A stretch of DNA of 61,666 nt, from the IMG/VR virus record IMGVR_UViG_3300025087_000064, positions 1 through 61,666 of that record; one strand, given 5' to 3'. The notes beneath the pieces were generated by a model. It ran no database searches. It had not been told where the DNA came from and saw only the letters and a list, made by a program, of their open reading frames with translations. Within the stretch, counting starts at the first letter, position 1. Each line of letters opens with the position of its first letter. This document shows, piece after piece, positions 11,601 to 18,705 of the stretch. The stretch is from a virus. Taxonomy: Duplodnaviria > Caudoviricetes. A program made the position numbers and the translations under genes.

Positions 11601-12935
11601 GGGTGGGCTCAATCATATGAAAACGTGACCGAGCTGTCCAAGAAGATCGAGCGGGATCTGGAGATCAAAGAGGGTAAACGCCCGGTCCAGGAAACGTTCA
11701 TGAAGATCGGTGGGTATATTGAGTCGGTCAATAGGGCCTTCGAGAACGGGGTGCGTGTTGCCACATACCAGGCCCTTGTAGACTCTGGCATAGCCAAGAG
11801 CAAAGCCGCAGGAGTTGCATCTGGCCTTACGGTCGATTTCACCAAACACGGAACAGCAGGGCCTTTAATCAATGCCTGGTGGATGTTTGCGAATGCCGGG
11901 ATACAGGGCAATGTCAGGATGATTAAGGCGGTAGCCTCGTCCAACAAGGTGCGAAAGATCGTCGGCGGGATCGTGGCCTTCGGGATCTTCTCCAATATCA
12001 TGGGCTCTATAATGGGTGGAGATGATGAGGATGGCGAGAGTTATTACGACAAACTCAAGAGGAAGAACCCAGCCCTTTTTGAGCGGAATGTCGTTATTAT
12101 GGTGCCTTTCTCCGGTGGGAATTACTTTAAACTCCCAATGGCATACGGGTACAACATACCCTTCTCCCTCGGTAACGAGATCGGTTCGGTGATGCGTGGT
12201 CAAAACCCACTGGAGGCCACTATGCGGTTTATGTTCACGGCTATGAATAACCTCAACCCATTAGCGGCTGGCACGATCTTACAGACCCTGGCTCCTACGG
12301 TAATCGATCCAATCGTACAGGTAAGGGAAAATAGGGCGTGGCACGGTGGTCCTTTAATGCCAGCCCTCAATCCTTGGATAGGACAACCTGATAGCGAGAG
12401 GTATTTTAATAACGTGAATCCGGTGATAAAATCCGTAACCACAAACCTGAACGATCTAACGGGCGGTAACAAGTACCGCGAGGGTGCCATATCTGTTTCC
12501 CCGGAGACCATTGAAATGATTCTTGAGACATTTACAGGCGGTGCTGGAAAGCTCCTGAAGGATGTTGCAACTTTACCGATAGGAATTTTCGAAGGGGATG
12601 TGCCGATGGGAAAAGTTCCAGTCGCCCGGAGGTTCTTTGGGACGATCCCGGAAAATATCAATGCCGGAATCTACTACGATAACCGTGAGGAAATGGATGT
12701 ATTCGCCAAGGAACTCAAGAACGCAACCAGGGAAGAGCGCAGGGAGCTAGTGCGAGATCCGCTCTATAAATTGGTCGGGCCATTCCAGAATATAGAACAG
12801 TCTATAGCCGTCCTCACCAAGCAGAAAAAATCTATCGAAGCTAAGGGCGGAGACACCGGGGATGTCGTCAATAGAATCAGGAAGCTACAGACCAACTTCA
12901 ACAAACGGTATAACGACGCTACCGGTAGAGGTTAG
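2610..12935 (+). CDS. Giant polyvalent virion/ejection protein (InPase, HhH-glycosylase-like domain, two ART-like domains, LPD23, zincin metallopeptidase, LPD38-like C-terminus)
   Basis: 3441 aa. InPase motifs NYQKAHI..IENP..DYGYIKGT..DHVD..FDEHKV (~4575-4990); LPD23-like IWKETGWW..WQYEIDD (~9200-9310); HHELQH..GEMSAR zincin; C-terminal LPMAYGY..NPL..PTVIDPIVQV.EN..W.G. Confidence 0.85.
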   Translation: MIPFESISSLPEYKTAEPERQQLVKDEYAKDFWAEVISDPEYLGADEQDRAELQQIFDQKFGAGVREAVEKVVAGHGGPGYDIIGGIKDFGKLIYDIPVQTLGAAGRLVEDPMVRGEKADELVTAATERTKQRAQEITAEERGKKVFPLPEVLSEKGAITRGDIQDTATSTGFSGVSMAAGVVGGVAGRAAGALAVPAVAMIAAPLAPWAPIIGKVGGQLLASGYAAFRMDKSMVSEQLVKAAEATKGTALTDEEVVELLTAAEPTINNHALWEAGPEAIGNALEIAGLGSIFKGAIKGKLGKVIAGFIGNLGAELSTETVTQKGQNRAEIELGLQNGPEISWPEALQQVGPQTLLLAGGTSSGAYVAGKARNAIFPQQEAPPAPAPIIEPTVPDTVDILAGESIDDAIAAFRETLGGDTPQPSITETGAPSTAGEAAAVFESLPPSQTETALQAQEDLAIADQANEQERVVRQAELEQTFNQEPERTAEESAAIIAATPITDLEQKLDKQEDVAQFTGKEYSTAPTTRIEKQEAITAVIGDQGPDFTAAKGKPFATLKSMQMSAKQKGIDLANYKEINIDGGHIAVPKPKGLSQAKEEVYWSRLQKKYFPKDWTEADQKSMDEAEVVAGREPVQAVEEVKNLDSLALGQPVNVAPTEAQKEAGNYQKAHISLDGMEISIENPAGSERSGVDEDGRSWSQEMATDYGYIKGTVGFDKDHVDTFITPGYTGGNGQVFVVNQFNKAGEFDEHKVVLGASSAEQAMKVYNSNYAKGWDGGKTVVPMTTQRFREWAKSDAPRQGQVYAFAEKNEAGLAVSEGLSGKTVGHPASVNAPSAKPAPGKSAEKDFARNKFFTEKAVNAARENLKKNRNRLGAGLDPELMGNVITIGGAHFERGVRDLAAWSTEMVRDLGESVRSYLEEGYRIVSNHPAFSKRTTGKAGEYYNYEPEQTIGGKYKGAPDGVTDKKSLDALRGKVARLVKEGDVGRFWYENSANSVLRMMDGDVANADKFIQLLAIYSPLARVGANTTMAVRAWNQFKAGVKKEDFKVKTSSQDAKAVDVLYNNKPFVGRKTNSFYINLVSQIVYNDPSAVAKMSLDADLLAEITRKSTIDMWMVRAFGYRDDNVYDDAGAGKYSFVENEVSRLTDRLNASLSKGEKKWVPFQVQASIWTAMKSRYEDPSVKAKTWEESIGKGLAYFDETGQRALPKDKGKMRQHRRIWYENAMGLSSTKARANAGESGADFGTFIEQATSTVTWEALPSIAVAPDLIDSSSAIKKMFTDEARNLLVSDEGTDLLAERLGVGIAFIADGSGAYGGNVNPNSLSHLIPSKTGATFAPNTARAYARAIQYIFKQDAVPWYRADSQAILTKGGRDSQQFRVLSPKGAPLAGARFDTLTEATAAAQNRGDGYSVKGGPLARGVIVDFQENLTPEKEANILQVLQGYLGKDIGFSRISANEISIINFRDDTTGVPFTDDEVFLGQVQDFLDNNNESLGMSEAKKLWVNGEYGYVHNWSEDEQGEAILAQRGIAERSDIFGWLRGKRSEFERIVSRYTGEQLKVREADLKSIEKLGGVKFQVRTVENLVHWDQKPGLPTLDPSLAGAGLPGAERKRKDSDPGNWVNRVYYGIEGGGYRKEPGLGPYRYNVSVQSESLYDFTKDPDEIMAEVKTAAAKDLFVNKTNLYEKKIKEHGYTGYWTSTPGMGKVAAVFEALAPVSSTTQPEPGVKLQQSRVAGIAAGAPSDIFDILTLTLSDDQRTIANRLVSSGKVVLMDTKQAMIEAREAGYTKAELDKNFQPIGLEIPGQTILIPENIPDGELWGSLRHAMGVHIGLMAQRNSEFQGLKKSVLRRQDEKSPTGDAIRRAMEQIPPGTDPNNYSEEILAYMVSTSEDVGIVRRVIAMVKNFVTRFGVSYKIFSEKDFLALADIAIRREATSDSKTIFDTDGIKAQISPQVAREIDIEVELPSNPLFAMAVAATPGAAITKDGLLIDLVRHQKPELGGERAIRTGVFYLPAGDKNAHFYSNNKSNYGGSAKFEGATLLKRPLFVKGATGGNAVENAFKTLRGGDEFKEMEQTLYDTVLYGKPSVARISQFLDRWGGVRELAGDIVAASTESNTLIYAIKENIIANTIRTAGYDSMVAYSTRQDGEKTPFISEVFDVREQTYPSKVITPEIHDSFPMREAPKFQMAGAQSSRANTSMLHRAFEMEDAGEGREAIWKETGWWQMAGDDWQYEIDDSLSELTLPGSAKRGTYGGPLGFYFVNKPLFDAYPILNDLTIKIVPLPSSENGSFTAKTKTITINSNLSREVMLSTIHHELQHAIQNIEGFPLGGNVSEFFSKRKAEVNKWYSIIEGINAEMTVMGSMDKALQSTKLWKDKYYKLIDERSGYIEKIQDAEGADSLGLQRAAFRDYQTLAGEMSARLVEVRRLLTPAQRKTMPPWESLEQMLYFEGLLAPGTDPVEIMNVRRYGDLASSAQATPLQGSLPVAAPLIQRLSKSLDITGKFDELATWLWDEDQAIHRIQDGLGPQDELRDYATLRGLVGKVVAEGIRNFDREMLQPFLQYLADNKQKIADVESLAHAQYAPERNLQMKRKNARQNIDWMLNQMTDKEKEPYQKRLGDIQDEYVMLGQTLNEKRDNNVILMDDMISHLKAQRKQVEQLQADLDSRVFTATEISKGTTEWHQKRLDNLFSRLEKRESIAARWDDIKDRLSGMTNSDAAAIVSRLGTPEMLEATRKLREMDAAALDLEYASGDLTAEEYSAIKNTYKWHVPLMREGMEEGKVATGKRGVGPLGPAERAATGSTRAVVHILGNIVDKYQGAISRGEKLKAGRALYELVKANQDENLWSIGELDKAPYVDNEGNVRFYPDQQLDLKTQTYVKVDGVKHIIEVNKDNPAAVRFMEAINRQVTPMGPITKASAFVNRILARLSTTLTPEFTLPNVVRDLQTAFVNLSSTEADGMKWKVFGNIKNAVKGIMMEEFGEPSGTWGTIYRDAAKNGVVMGWAQSYENVTELSKKIERDLEIKEGKRPVQETFMKIGGYIESVNRAFENGVRVATYQALVDSGIAKSKAAGVASGLTVDFTKHGTAGPLINAWWMFANAGIQGNVRMIKAVASSNKVRKIVGGIVAFGIFSNIMGSIMGGDDEDGESYYDKLKRKNPALFERNVVIMVPFSGGNYFKLPMAYGYNIPFSLGNEIGSVMRGQNPLEATMRFMFTAMNNLNPLAAGTILQTLAPTVIDPIVQVRENRAWHGGPLMPALNPWIGQPDSERYFNNVNPVIKSVTTNLNDLTGGNKYREGAISVSPETIEMILETFTGGAGKLLKDVATLPIGIFEGDVPMGKVPVARRFFGTIPENINAGIYYDNREEMDVFAKELKNATREERRELVRDPLYKLVGPFQNIEQSIAVLTKQKKSIEAKGGDTGDVVNRIRKLQTNFNKRYNDATGRG

Positions 12936-12942
12936 ATTCAAT

Positions 12943-12971
12943 TTGAACATTATCCTACTAAATGTTATAAT
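12943..12971 (+). promoter_or_regulatory. Sigma70-type promoter with extended -10
   Basis: TTGAAC-N17-TATAAT with TG at the extended position; AAGGAG RBS before the ATG at 13007. Confidence 0.75.
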
Positions 12972-13006
12972 GGCATTATTCAACATGAATTACAAGGAGT
13001 AAAAAT

Positions 13007-13264
13007 ATGATCAATGACATGCTACGCAATAAGGGCCAGATAGTCGAGGCATTCCCCCTTTACTCTGGCCAGGTAAATATTGCAGCTGCTGGCGGCGCGA
13101 AACTGGTCCTGGTGTTCTGTTGCGCTATCGATGGTAACTTTACCGTTACATTCAACGATGGCGTACAGGCGACGATAGCGATGGTAGCGGGTGAGGTCTT
13201 TTCCATCCCCTCCGGGGGAACCGTGCTCGCAACCGGTGCCGCAACATTTCACTATATCAACTGA
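13007..13264 (+). CDS. Small beta-rich hypothetical protein, probably structural
   Basis: 85 aa, strong RBS AAGGAG, first gene after the promoter. Confidence 0.65.
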   Translation: MINDMLRNKGQIVEAFPLYSGQVNIAAAGGAKLVLVFCCAIDGNFTVTFNDGVQATIAMVAGEVFSIPSGGTVLATGAATFHYIN

Positions 13265-13265
13265 T

Positions 13266-13697
13266 ATGCTGAGATCAACGAAATCGCTGACAAGATCGTC
13301 TGTCGGCGTTGGCGATTCACTGCCGCTGACCGGTCTTGCATTCAAGGCGCTGGTCTCAACCGGTCTGATTGATTCTATCGGCAAATCAATCAGCGAGCTA
13401 TACCCCCTGGTCGATCCATTACTACAGTCGATCATCTCAGCCGATGGAGGGGTCACCCAAAGACCTGACTCCGAGATTGTAGCACTCACCCTGGCCTCTC
13501 CCTATCTAAACATCGCTGGCGGAACTCTTTATGGGGATGCCGTTTTTGGCATAGTCCTCTATGCAGATGGATTACAGCCAACTGAATCAGCAGAGCGTAG
13601 GCTGTGGAAAAAGGTTTTTGATACTCGTTTTGAGCCTCTATATGTCGATGGTGGGGCGCTTTTAATTAATGGATACCAACTATACATAGAGGTCTAA
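13266..13697 (+). CDS. Hypothetical protein, possibly a tail appendage adaptor
   Basis: ATG at 13266 just after the upstream stop (MLRSTKSL...); abuts the deacetylase gene. Confidence 0.55.
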   Translation: MLRSTKSLTRSSVGVGDSLPLTGLAFKALVSTGLIDSIGKSISELYPLVDPLLQSIISADGGVTQRPDSEIVALTLASPYLNIAGGTLYGDAVFGIVLYADGLQPTESAERRLWKKVFDTRFEPLYVDGGALLINGYQLYIEV

Positions 13698-13698
13698 T

Positions 13699-14979
13699 AT
13701 GTCAAACATTATAACCAGTTCGCGCAGGCTAAACACAATCAATTCCAAACGATTTGGACAAGATTTTTCTGGAAATGTTGGATGGATGCCTGAGTATAGC
13801 AGCACAAGAGACATGAAATTTTCTGGGAATGTTGTTGTGGATTGTGGGACCTTGACTGGATGGGCATATTTCCAAGGTTCTCTTGAATTGACACCTACCC
13901 CTCCTAACGGCCCGCAAAGGCATAAAAGCAATATAGGAACATCTATAAAATTTACCCCAACTCCTGCTATGGGAGGGAGTTTTACATCTCCAATATTCGT
14001 TGCCGTCCAAGGAAAGCCGTGTTTGAACTTGTGGGTGTACATCGAGGACTACACAAAAATACCATTATTGTGGACTGTTTATATTGGGGATGCTACCTTT
14101 TCTAACTATTTTCTCGGATACCCAACAATCAGGCCCCATAATGGATGGCACTGTGTAACGATATCAGAGGCGCTAACTGTTGGTGCTGGTTCTCCTACAT
14201 GGGACACAGTAACTAAAATCGCAATAGCTGTCGGGGCCGATGTATTAGAGGGCGGCAACATAATCCTGGATAGAATTGTCATCGGCGGTGGGGGGAAACC
14301 ACATATTTCCCTTATTTGGGATGACGGAAACTCCTCTGATCATACGATTGTTGCCCCACTATTAAACCGCTACAATCTTATAGGTAATTTTTCGATAATC
14401 AATTCCGTGATAGGAACTGCCGGTTATTTAACAGTTGACCAATTACAACAGCTATCAGAGAGTGGACACAGACTGTTGACACACGGGGATACTGTCCTAA
14501 GTAATTTTGGCACAATTGATTTAGCAAAGGCAAATATCCAGTCAAACAAAGCATCCTTAGATGCTCTTGGGATTAATACTGATTCCGATATATACGTTTA
14601 TCCTGGAGGAGGATACGCCTATACTCCAGGCAGTCTAGCTATCCCTGAATATCTTGCACAGGCTGGGTTTTTTGGGGCTTTTGCGGCTGCTGACGGGCCT
14701 GTTGCCAATGAAGATAATATAAGGTTTTTTTGTAGTCGTGCACCGTTATCTGCCGCCACGACATCGACAAATTTTTTCGCTAATATAGACAGTTACGTAT
14801 CAAGTGGGTTATCAGTCGCTACCTTGGCTCACAGAACTGTGCTCTCCGGGGCAACAGGTCCAGATATTAATATTGCGGTGCTTGATGAGATTCTTTCTGG
14901 CATTGCCACTAGGCGCGATTCAGGTGATTTGATTGTTGTCGGTGCCAGGGAGTTTTTAGATTTTGCACTGCTTGGGTGA
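13699..14979 (+). CDS. Polysaccharide deacetylase (CE4/NodB-like) with an N-terminal carbohydrate-binding-like domain
   Basis: ISLIWDDG, LLNRYNLIGNF, YLTVDQLQQL..GH.LLTHG and YVYPGG match NodB-domain motifs; beta-rich N-terminal half. Confidence 0.8.
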   Translation: MSNIITSSRRLNTINSKRFGQDFSGNVGWMPEYSSTRDMKFSGNVVVDCGTLTGWAYFQGSLELTPTPPNGPQRHKSNIGTSIKFTPTPAMGGSFTSPIFVAVQGKPCLNLWVYIEDYTKIPLLWTVYIGDATFSNYFLGYPTIRPHNGWHCVTISEALTVGAGSPTWDTVTKIAIAVGADVLEGGNIILDRIVIGGGGKPHISLIWDDGNSSDHTIVAPLLNRYNLIGNFSIINSVIGTAGYLTVDQLQQLSESGHRLLTHGDTVLSNFGTIDLAKANIQSNKASLDALGINTDSDIYVYPGGGYAYTPGSLAIPEYLAQAGFFGAFAAADGPVANEDNIRFFCSRAPLSAATTSTNFFANIDSYVSSGLSVATLAHRTVLSGATGPDINIAVLDEILSGIATRRDSGDLIVVGAREFLDFALLG

Positions 14980-15212
14980 CCGATATGAAACTAATATCAA
15001 CCCAAACGGTAAGTGATTTTTACACACAAAAGAGCGAGACAATGTTAGAATATGCAACAATTCGGATCAGGCTTTGGTTTACACAACTTCTCTGCAAGCA
15101 TGGCTCCTGGCGATACTTCCAATCTGAAAAGAGGGCTTGCCTCTACTGCGGCAAAAGACAGCGTAGACTGTGGGGATGTATGGGCCAAGGTTACAGGTGG
15201 CTCAATGACTAA
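14976..15212 (+). CDS. Small Cys-containing hypothetical protein
   Basis: 78 aa, CKH and CxxC; start overlaps the upstream stop. Confidence 0.45.
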   Translation: MTDMKLISTQTVSDFYTQKSETMLEYATIRIRLWFTQLLCKHGSWRYFQSEKRACLYCGKRQRRLWGCMGQGYRWLND

Positions 15213-15390
15213 GATTACAGCGAATATAATTCTGTTGACGATGGCCTGGGTTTGGGCGTGGCTCTCTGTCACCGAGGGGATTATGCAACCGGTATCGAAC
15301 CAGTTCCTCCTCTTGGCCGGTGCCCTGGCTTCAGGAGATATAGGATCTGTCTTCATGCAGAAGTTTAACAAACAGCCCGAGCAGAAATGA
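15205..15390 (+). CDS. Holin candidate with two transmembrane segments
   Basis: MTKITANIILLTMAWVWAWLSV..FLLLAGALA.. with charged C-terminus; in the lysis cassette. Confidence 0.55.
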   Translation: MTKITANIILLTMAWVWAWLSVTEGIMQPVSNQFLLLAGALASGDIGSVFMQKFNKQPEQK

Positions 15391-15779
15391 AATTCTACTG
15401 CGGAATGAAATATGTGTTGGCCGAAGACCTTGTGGTTAAAACAGATATCCTCCACAGGATAGTCGTTGATCACCGCGGGAGCCTAAATAGATTCGGTGAG
15501 CTAAGGATTTATAAGTGGTATCCCTGGAATGGTAATTCTGGTCCGGTGTACGATTTCAAGTCAACCCTAGAGGGGTCATGCGTCCACGACCTTTTATGCG
15601 ACTGGATAAACGAAGGGATACTCCCTGTAAGCCTTCAACCAATGGCCGACCAGGAGTATTACAGGATTTGCAAGAAAAAGGGTCTATGGGAGAAGATTGC
15701 CAGGATACGCTTGATATGCATTAGGTGGTTTCAAACCGGAAAAAACAAGGCGACGGAGAGGAAAATATACACGGCGTAA
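15387..15779 (+). CDS. DUF1353-like protein
   Basis: YPWNGNSGP..SCVHDLLC..ADQEY pattern typical of DUF1353, often found near lysis or tail genes. Confidence 0.65.
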   Translation: MKFYCGMKYVLAEDLVVKTDILHRIVVDHRGSLNRFGELRIYKWYPWNGNSGPVYDFKSTLEGSCVHDLLCDWINEGILPVSLQPMADQEYYRICKKKGLWEKIARIRLICIRWFQTGKNKATERKIYTA

Positions 15780-15790
15780 TGGGTGGTCTA

Positions 15791-16084
15791 ATGGATTTGT
15801 TAAGGGATTGGTGGGGCGTTTTGTCGGGGGCGGTGGTGGTGATCTTCTGGCTTGCCCGCTTAGAGGTGAAGGCAGTCACCGCAAACTCCACGTGTAAAGA
15901 GCGACACGACATGGTAGAGAAGGTCAACGATATCAAGATTATAAATCTCGACCTCAGGATCAGCGAGGTAAAAGAGCTTATCCGTGATGGAGAACGCAGG
16001 CAGAACGACCAGCACCGGGAGTTGGTAGACATGATCAAGGAAAATATACTTACAAGTGGGTGCCGCAGGCAAAACGATCAGTGA
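15791..16084 (+). CDS. Membrane-anchored coiled-coil lysis protein (holin- or spanin-like)
   Basis: One N-terminal TM segment (WWGVLSGAVVVIFWL) then coiled coil; directly upstream of the endolysin. Confidence 0.5.
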   Translation: MDLLRDWWGVLSGAVVVIFWLARLEVKAVTANSTCKERHDMVEKVNDIKIINLDLRISEVKELIRDGERRQNDQHRELVDMIKENILTSGCRRQNDQ

Positions 16085-16092
16085 GGTGGTGT

Positions 16093-16569
16093 ATGGACAA
16101 AAATATGAAGGCGTTCCTGGGTATGATTTCCTGGTCGGAAGGGACCTCTCAAATACCGGGTGGCGACAATGGCTACAGGGTGTTAGTAGGGTCAACGATC
16201 AAAGTCCCCAAACTCTTCCCCTCGTACCACGACCACCCCAGGATTAAGGTTAATCTGGGCAATGGACTGTTTAGCACGGCAGCTGGAAGATATCAAATTC
16301 TCGCCCGCATATTCGACGCCTATCGAAAGATCCTCGGGCTCCACGACTTCTCACCCGCAGCACAAGATCTCGTTGCACAGAAGCTCATTTCTGAGCGTTA
16401 CGCCGACATATTGATTGAGCAGGGGGATATCGTAGGGGCGATAAGGATCTTAAAAAAAATCTGGGCCTCGTTTCCTGGGTCTGGGTATGGCCAAAAGGGC
16501 GGGCACACCATGGACGAACTGATCGACAAGTACCTGGAGTTTGGCGGGACTATCGGATCTTATCGATAA
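16093..16569 (+). CDS. Lambda R-type endolysin (lytic transglycosylase)
   Basis: AFLGMISWSEGT (catalytic Glu), STAAGRYQIL, DFSPAAQD, WASFPGSGYGQ; GAGG RBS before 16093. Confidence 0.93.
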   Translation: MDKNMKAFLGMISWSEGTSQIPGGDNGYRVLVGSTIKVPKLFPSYHDHPRIKVNLGNGLFSTAAGRYQILARIFDAYRKILGLHDFSPAAQDLVAQKLISERYADILIEQGDIVGAIRILKKIWASFPGSGYGQKGGHTMDELIDKYLEFGGTIGSYR

Positions 16570-17077
16570 ATTGTTTAGCGCTCGAATTTCCATCCCACTT
16601 ATCCCAACCAAGACACTGCTCGGCGGCGTATCGGTGGCAGGCGGCTTCGAGGAGGGTGTCGAAGTAGCCAAGGTGCTTGTTCCGCCCATTAACTGCAATT
16701 GTAGCTGTCCACCTCATTCCAGGCCGGAACCTACGCACCCCTTTTACCCCGGACGTGTTATCCCTCCGCATTCCACAGTTTCTATTCTGACACTGAATGG
16801 TCGCTTCTCGTAAATTACTCCGCCAGTTGTGGTCTCGAACTCGATCAATGTGGTCCACCGTATTTTCCGGCATATAACCATCGGTATAAAGGATTGCGAG
16901 GCGGTGGGCCTTATATAACCTGCTCTGTACTTGGATGTAAACATATCCATCACGGGCGAGACTACCAGCCACGCTTCCGGGGGACATATGGCTCCCGTGT
17001 ACCTGGGAGATCCAAATAAAAACCCCTGTGGTTGGATTGTAAGACAACGCTTCCTTTAGCTCCGCTTGTGAGATCAC
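16550..17077 (-). CDS. HNH homing endonuclease with AP2-like C-terminus
   Basis: YKAHRLA..VDHIDRVRDHNW..NLREA, NTSGVKGV, KHLGYF. Confidence 0.88.
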   Translation of the reverse strand: MISQAELKEALSYNPTTGVFIWISQVHGSHMSPGSVAGSLARDGYVYIQVQSRLYKAHRLAILYTDGYMPENTVDHIDRVRDHNWRSNLREATIQCQNRNCGMRRDNTSGVKGVRRFRPGMRWTATIAVNGRNKHLGYFDTLLEAACHRYAAEQCLGWDKWDGNSSAKQFIDKIR

Positions 17078-17574
17078 AGAACAAACCCCCCTGACCGCAA
17101 GTCAACGCGAGACGCATGGTGAATCAACAGACTGTCTGCAATGTGCTCAAATTTATTTTTCGCCGCAAAAAAAAGTTCCCCAGGATACTCCCTCCGTGCC
17201 CACTCCATGACTTCTCCCTTGGTCGCGCAACTATTCCCCAAAACACGCCTCTTCGCTTCTCTGGGTAGGATTGCTATTAACGGGACGCCGACCTTCTTCG
17301 TCAACCCTATCACAACGCCAATAGATATAAACATTGACATAACAGCCACCGCCGATCTGCCCCCAGTAGGAAACTCGGCTACCACCCGGTCCACCCCGTC
17401 CAGCATTGGCGCAAGGTAGCTCGCTAATATAGCAGCATCCTTTCCCCGGTCGGCAGTGACGTAGCCAGATGCCGACCGGGGGATACTGAGCAACCCCCAA
17501 GAGAGGAGGAGGTCATTCTCGAAAATTGACCACCCCGTATTACGAAGGGCTATATCTAGGGCCAACACTATCAT
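17074..17574 (-). CDS. RuvC-like Holliday junction resolvase
   Basis: VLALDIALRNTGWS, VVAE, ATKGEV, HIADS motifs; ATG at 17574 with G-rich RBS. Confidence 0.85.
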   Translation of the reverse strand: MIVLALDIALRNTGWSIFENDLLLSWGLLSIPRSASGYVTADRGKDAAILASYLAPMLDGVDRVVAEFPTGGRSAVAVMSMFISIGVVIGLTKKVGVPLIAILPREAKRRVLGNSCATKGEVMEWARREYPGELFFAAKNKFEHIADSLLIHHASRVDLRSGGFVL

Positions 17575-17804
17575 AAAATTACCCCCCTTGAACACGGTGA
17601 GTAATCGACTGGTGCGGGTTCGTTTGCTACGATGCGTTTTACGAAGAACCTGGCCCCCTCGCCACAGTAACAACCCATAGACCGCATGGCCAGGACGGGC
17701 TTACAGCATCCAAACCTTACGCCGGTCACAATGTCAGGTAAATCCGGTGATGCGTCGCAGTTGCCCCAGCCATTGTAATTCTTGCAATCCACACAGTATC
17801 TCAT
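17571..17804 (-). CDS. Small Cys-rich hypothetical protein
   Basis: MRYCVDCK..C..CGEGARFF; coupled to the RuvC start. Confidence 0.55.
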   Translation of the reverse strand: MRYCVDCKNYNGWGNCDASPDLPDIVTGVRFGCCKPVLAMRSMGCYCGEGARFFVKRIVANEPAPVDYSPCSRGVIL

Positions 17805-17814
17805 GCCCCCCCCC

Positions 17815-18669
17815 TTAAACATCATGAAAGTGGCAACGGAGTATCTGGATATCGCCAGGGGACGCCAGCAGTGCATTGATTGGACCATCTCCAAATAGGA
17901 GGTCTCTGGTCTTGTTCGCCACCCGGTCGGTGATTTCCTCCTCACAGATAAGCGCGAGAGCATGGATCATGCCGCTGTGAAAACCATCCTTAAACTGATC
18001 GTCAGATGTTTTTTCCTCGTTCTGTATATCGGCACCGACAGCCTTTTTCCGCCCGTCAGCCTTCGCTCGTTTCACCGCGCCAGCCAGCTTTTCCTCTCCC
18101 CCATTGGGACCGTTTTGTCGTATAGCAGATGCTGCATTCGACGGCGACACTTCGCCAGTTATAACCATCTCAACTACCGCAGGAGTAGCCTCGGCCAAGG
18201 AAACAAGATTGGCCAGCTTCGACGGACTAAACCCTGTGTATTTCAAGATCCGCTCCTTCGACCATCCAAAGATAAAGAGTCTCTTGATCACATCGGCTTG
18301 CTCCATCATGGTTAATGGCAAGCTGCTGCCGCTTGTCAGGATCGATGCACATCGGCTGTCCTCGCCCTTATTGTCCTCATCTATCAGTACGGGGATTTTA
18401 TCGATCATATGCCCCTTCGAGATAAGCAGGTGGACCGCTGCCATTCGGCAATGACCATCTACGAGTGTTGGTACTCCTGCGTCCATAAACACCGTGACGG
18501 GCTTCTGGACCCCATTCTCTTTGATACTCTCAGCCAACTCCAGGATATGCTCCTCTAATTCATCCCTCGGTATTCTCGGGTTCCATCCAGGTAGTTCCCT
18601 GATAATCAAAGGGTCCAGCCAAAAACGATCATTCCTCTTTAATGCCAATTTCTTAATACCAGCCATCAT
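17815..18669 (-). CDS. ParB/Srx-like N-terminal domain protein
   Basis: NPR..ELAESIKENGVQKPVTV..LVDGHCR followed by an HTH-like region. Confidence 0.85.
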   Translation of the reverse strand: MMAGIKKLALKRNDRFWLDPLIIRELPGWNPRIPRDELEEHILELAESIKENGVQKPVTVFMDAGVPTLVDGHCRMAAVHLLISKGHMIDKIPVLIDEDNKGEDSRCASILTSGSSLPLTMMEQADVIKRLFIFGWSKERILKYTGFSPSKLANLVSLAEATPAVVEMVITGEVSPSNAASAIRQNGPNGGEEKLAGAVKRAKADGRKKAVGADIQNEEKTSDDQFKDGFHSGMIHALALICEEEITDRVANKTRDLLFGDGPINALLASPGDIQILRCHFHDV

Positions 18670-18705
18670 ATTACCTCTTGTATCAATAGTTAAATCAACA
18701 ACTTA

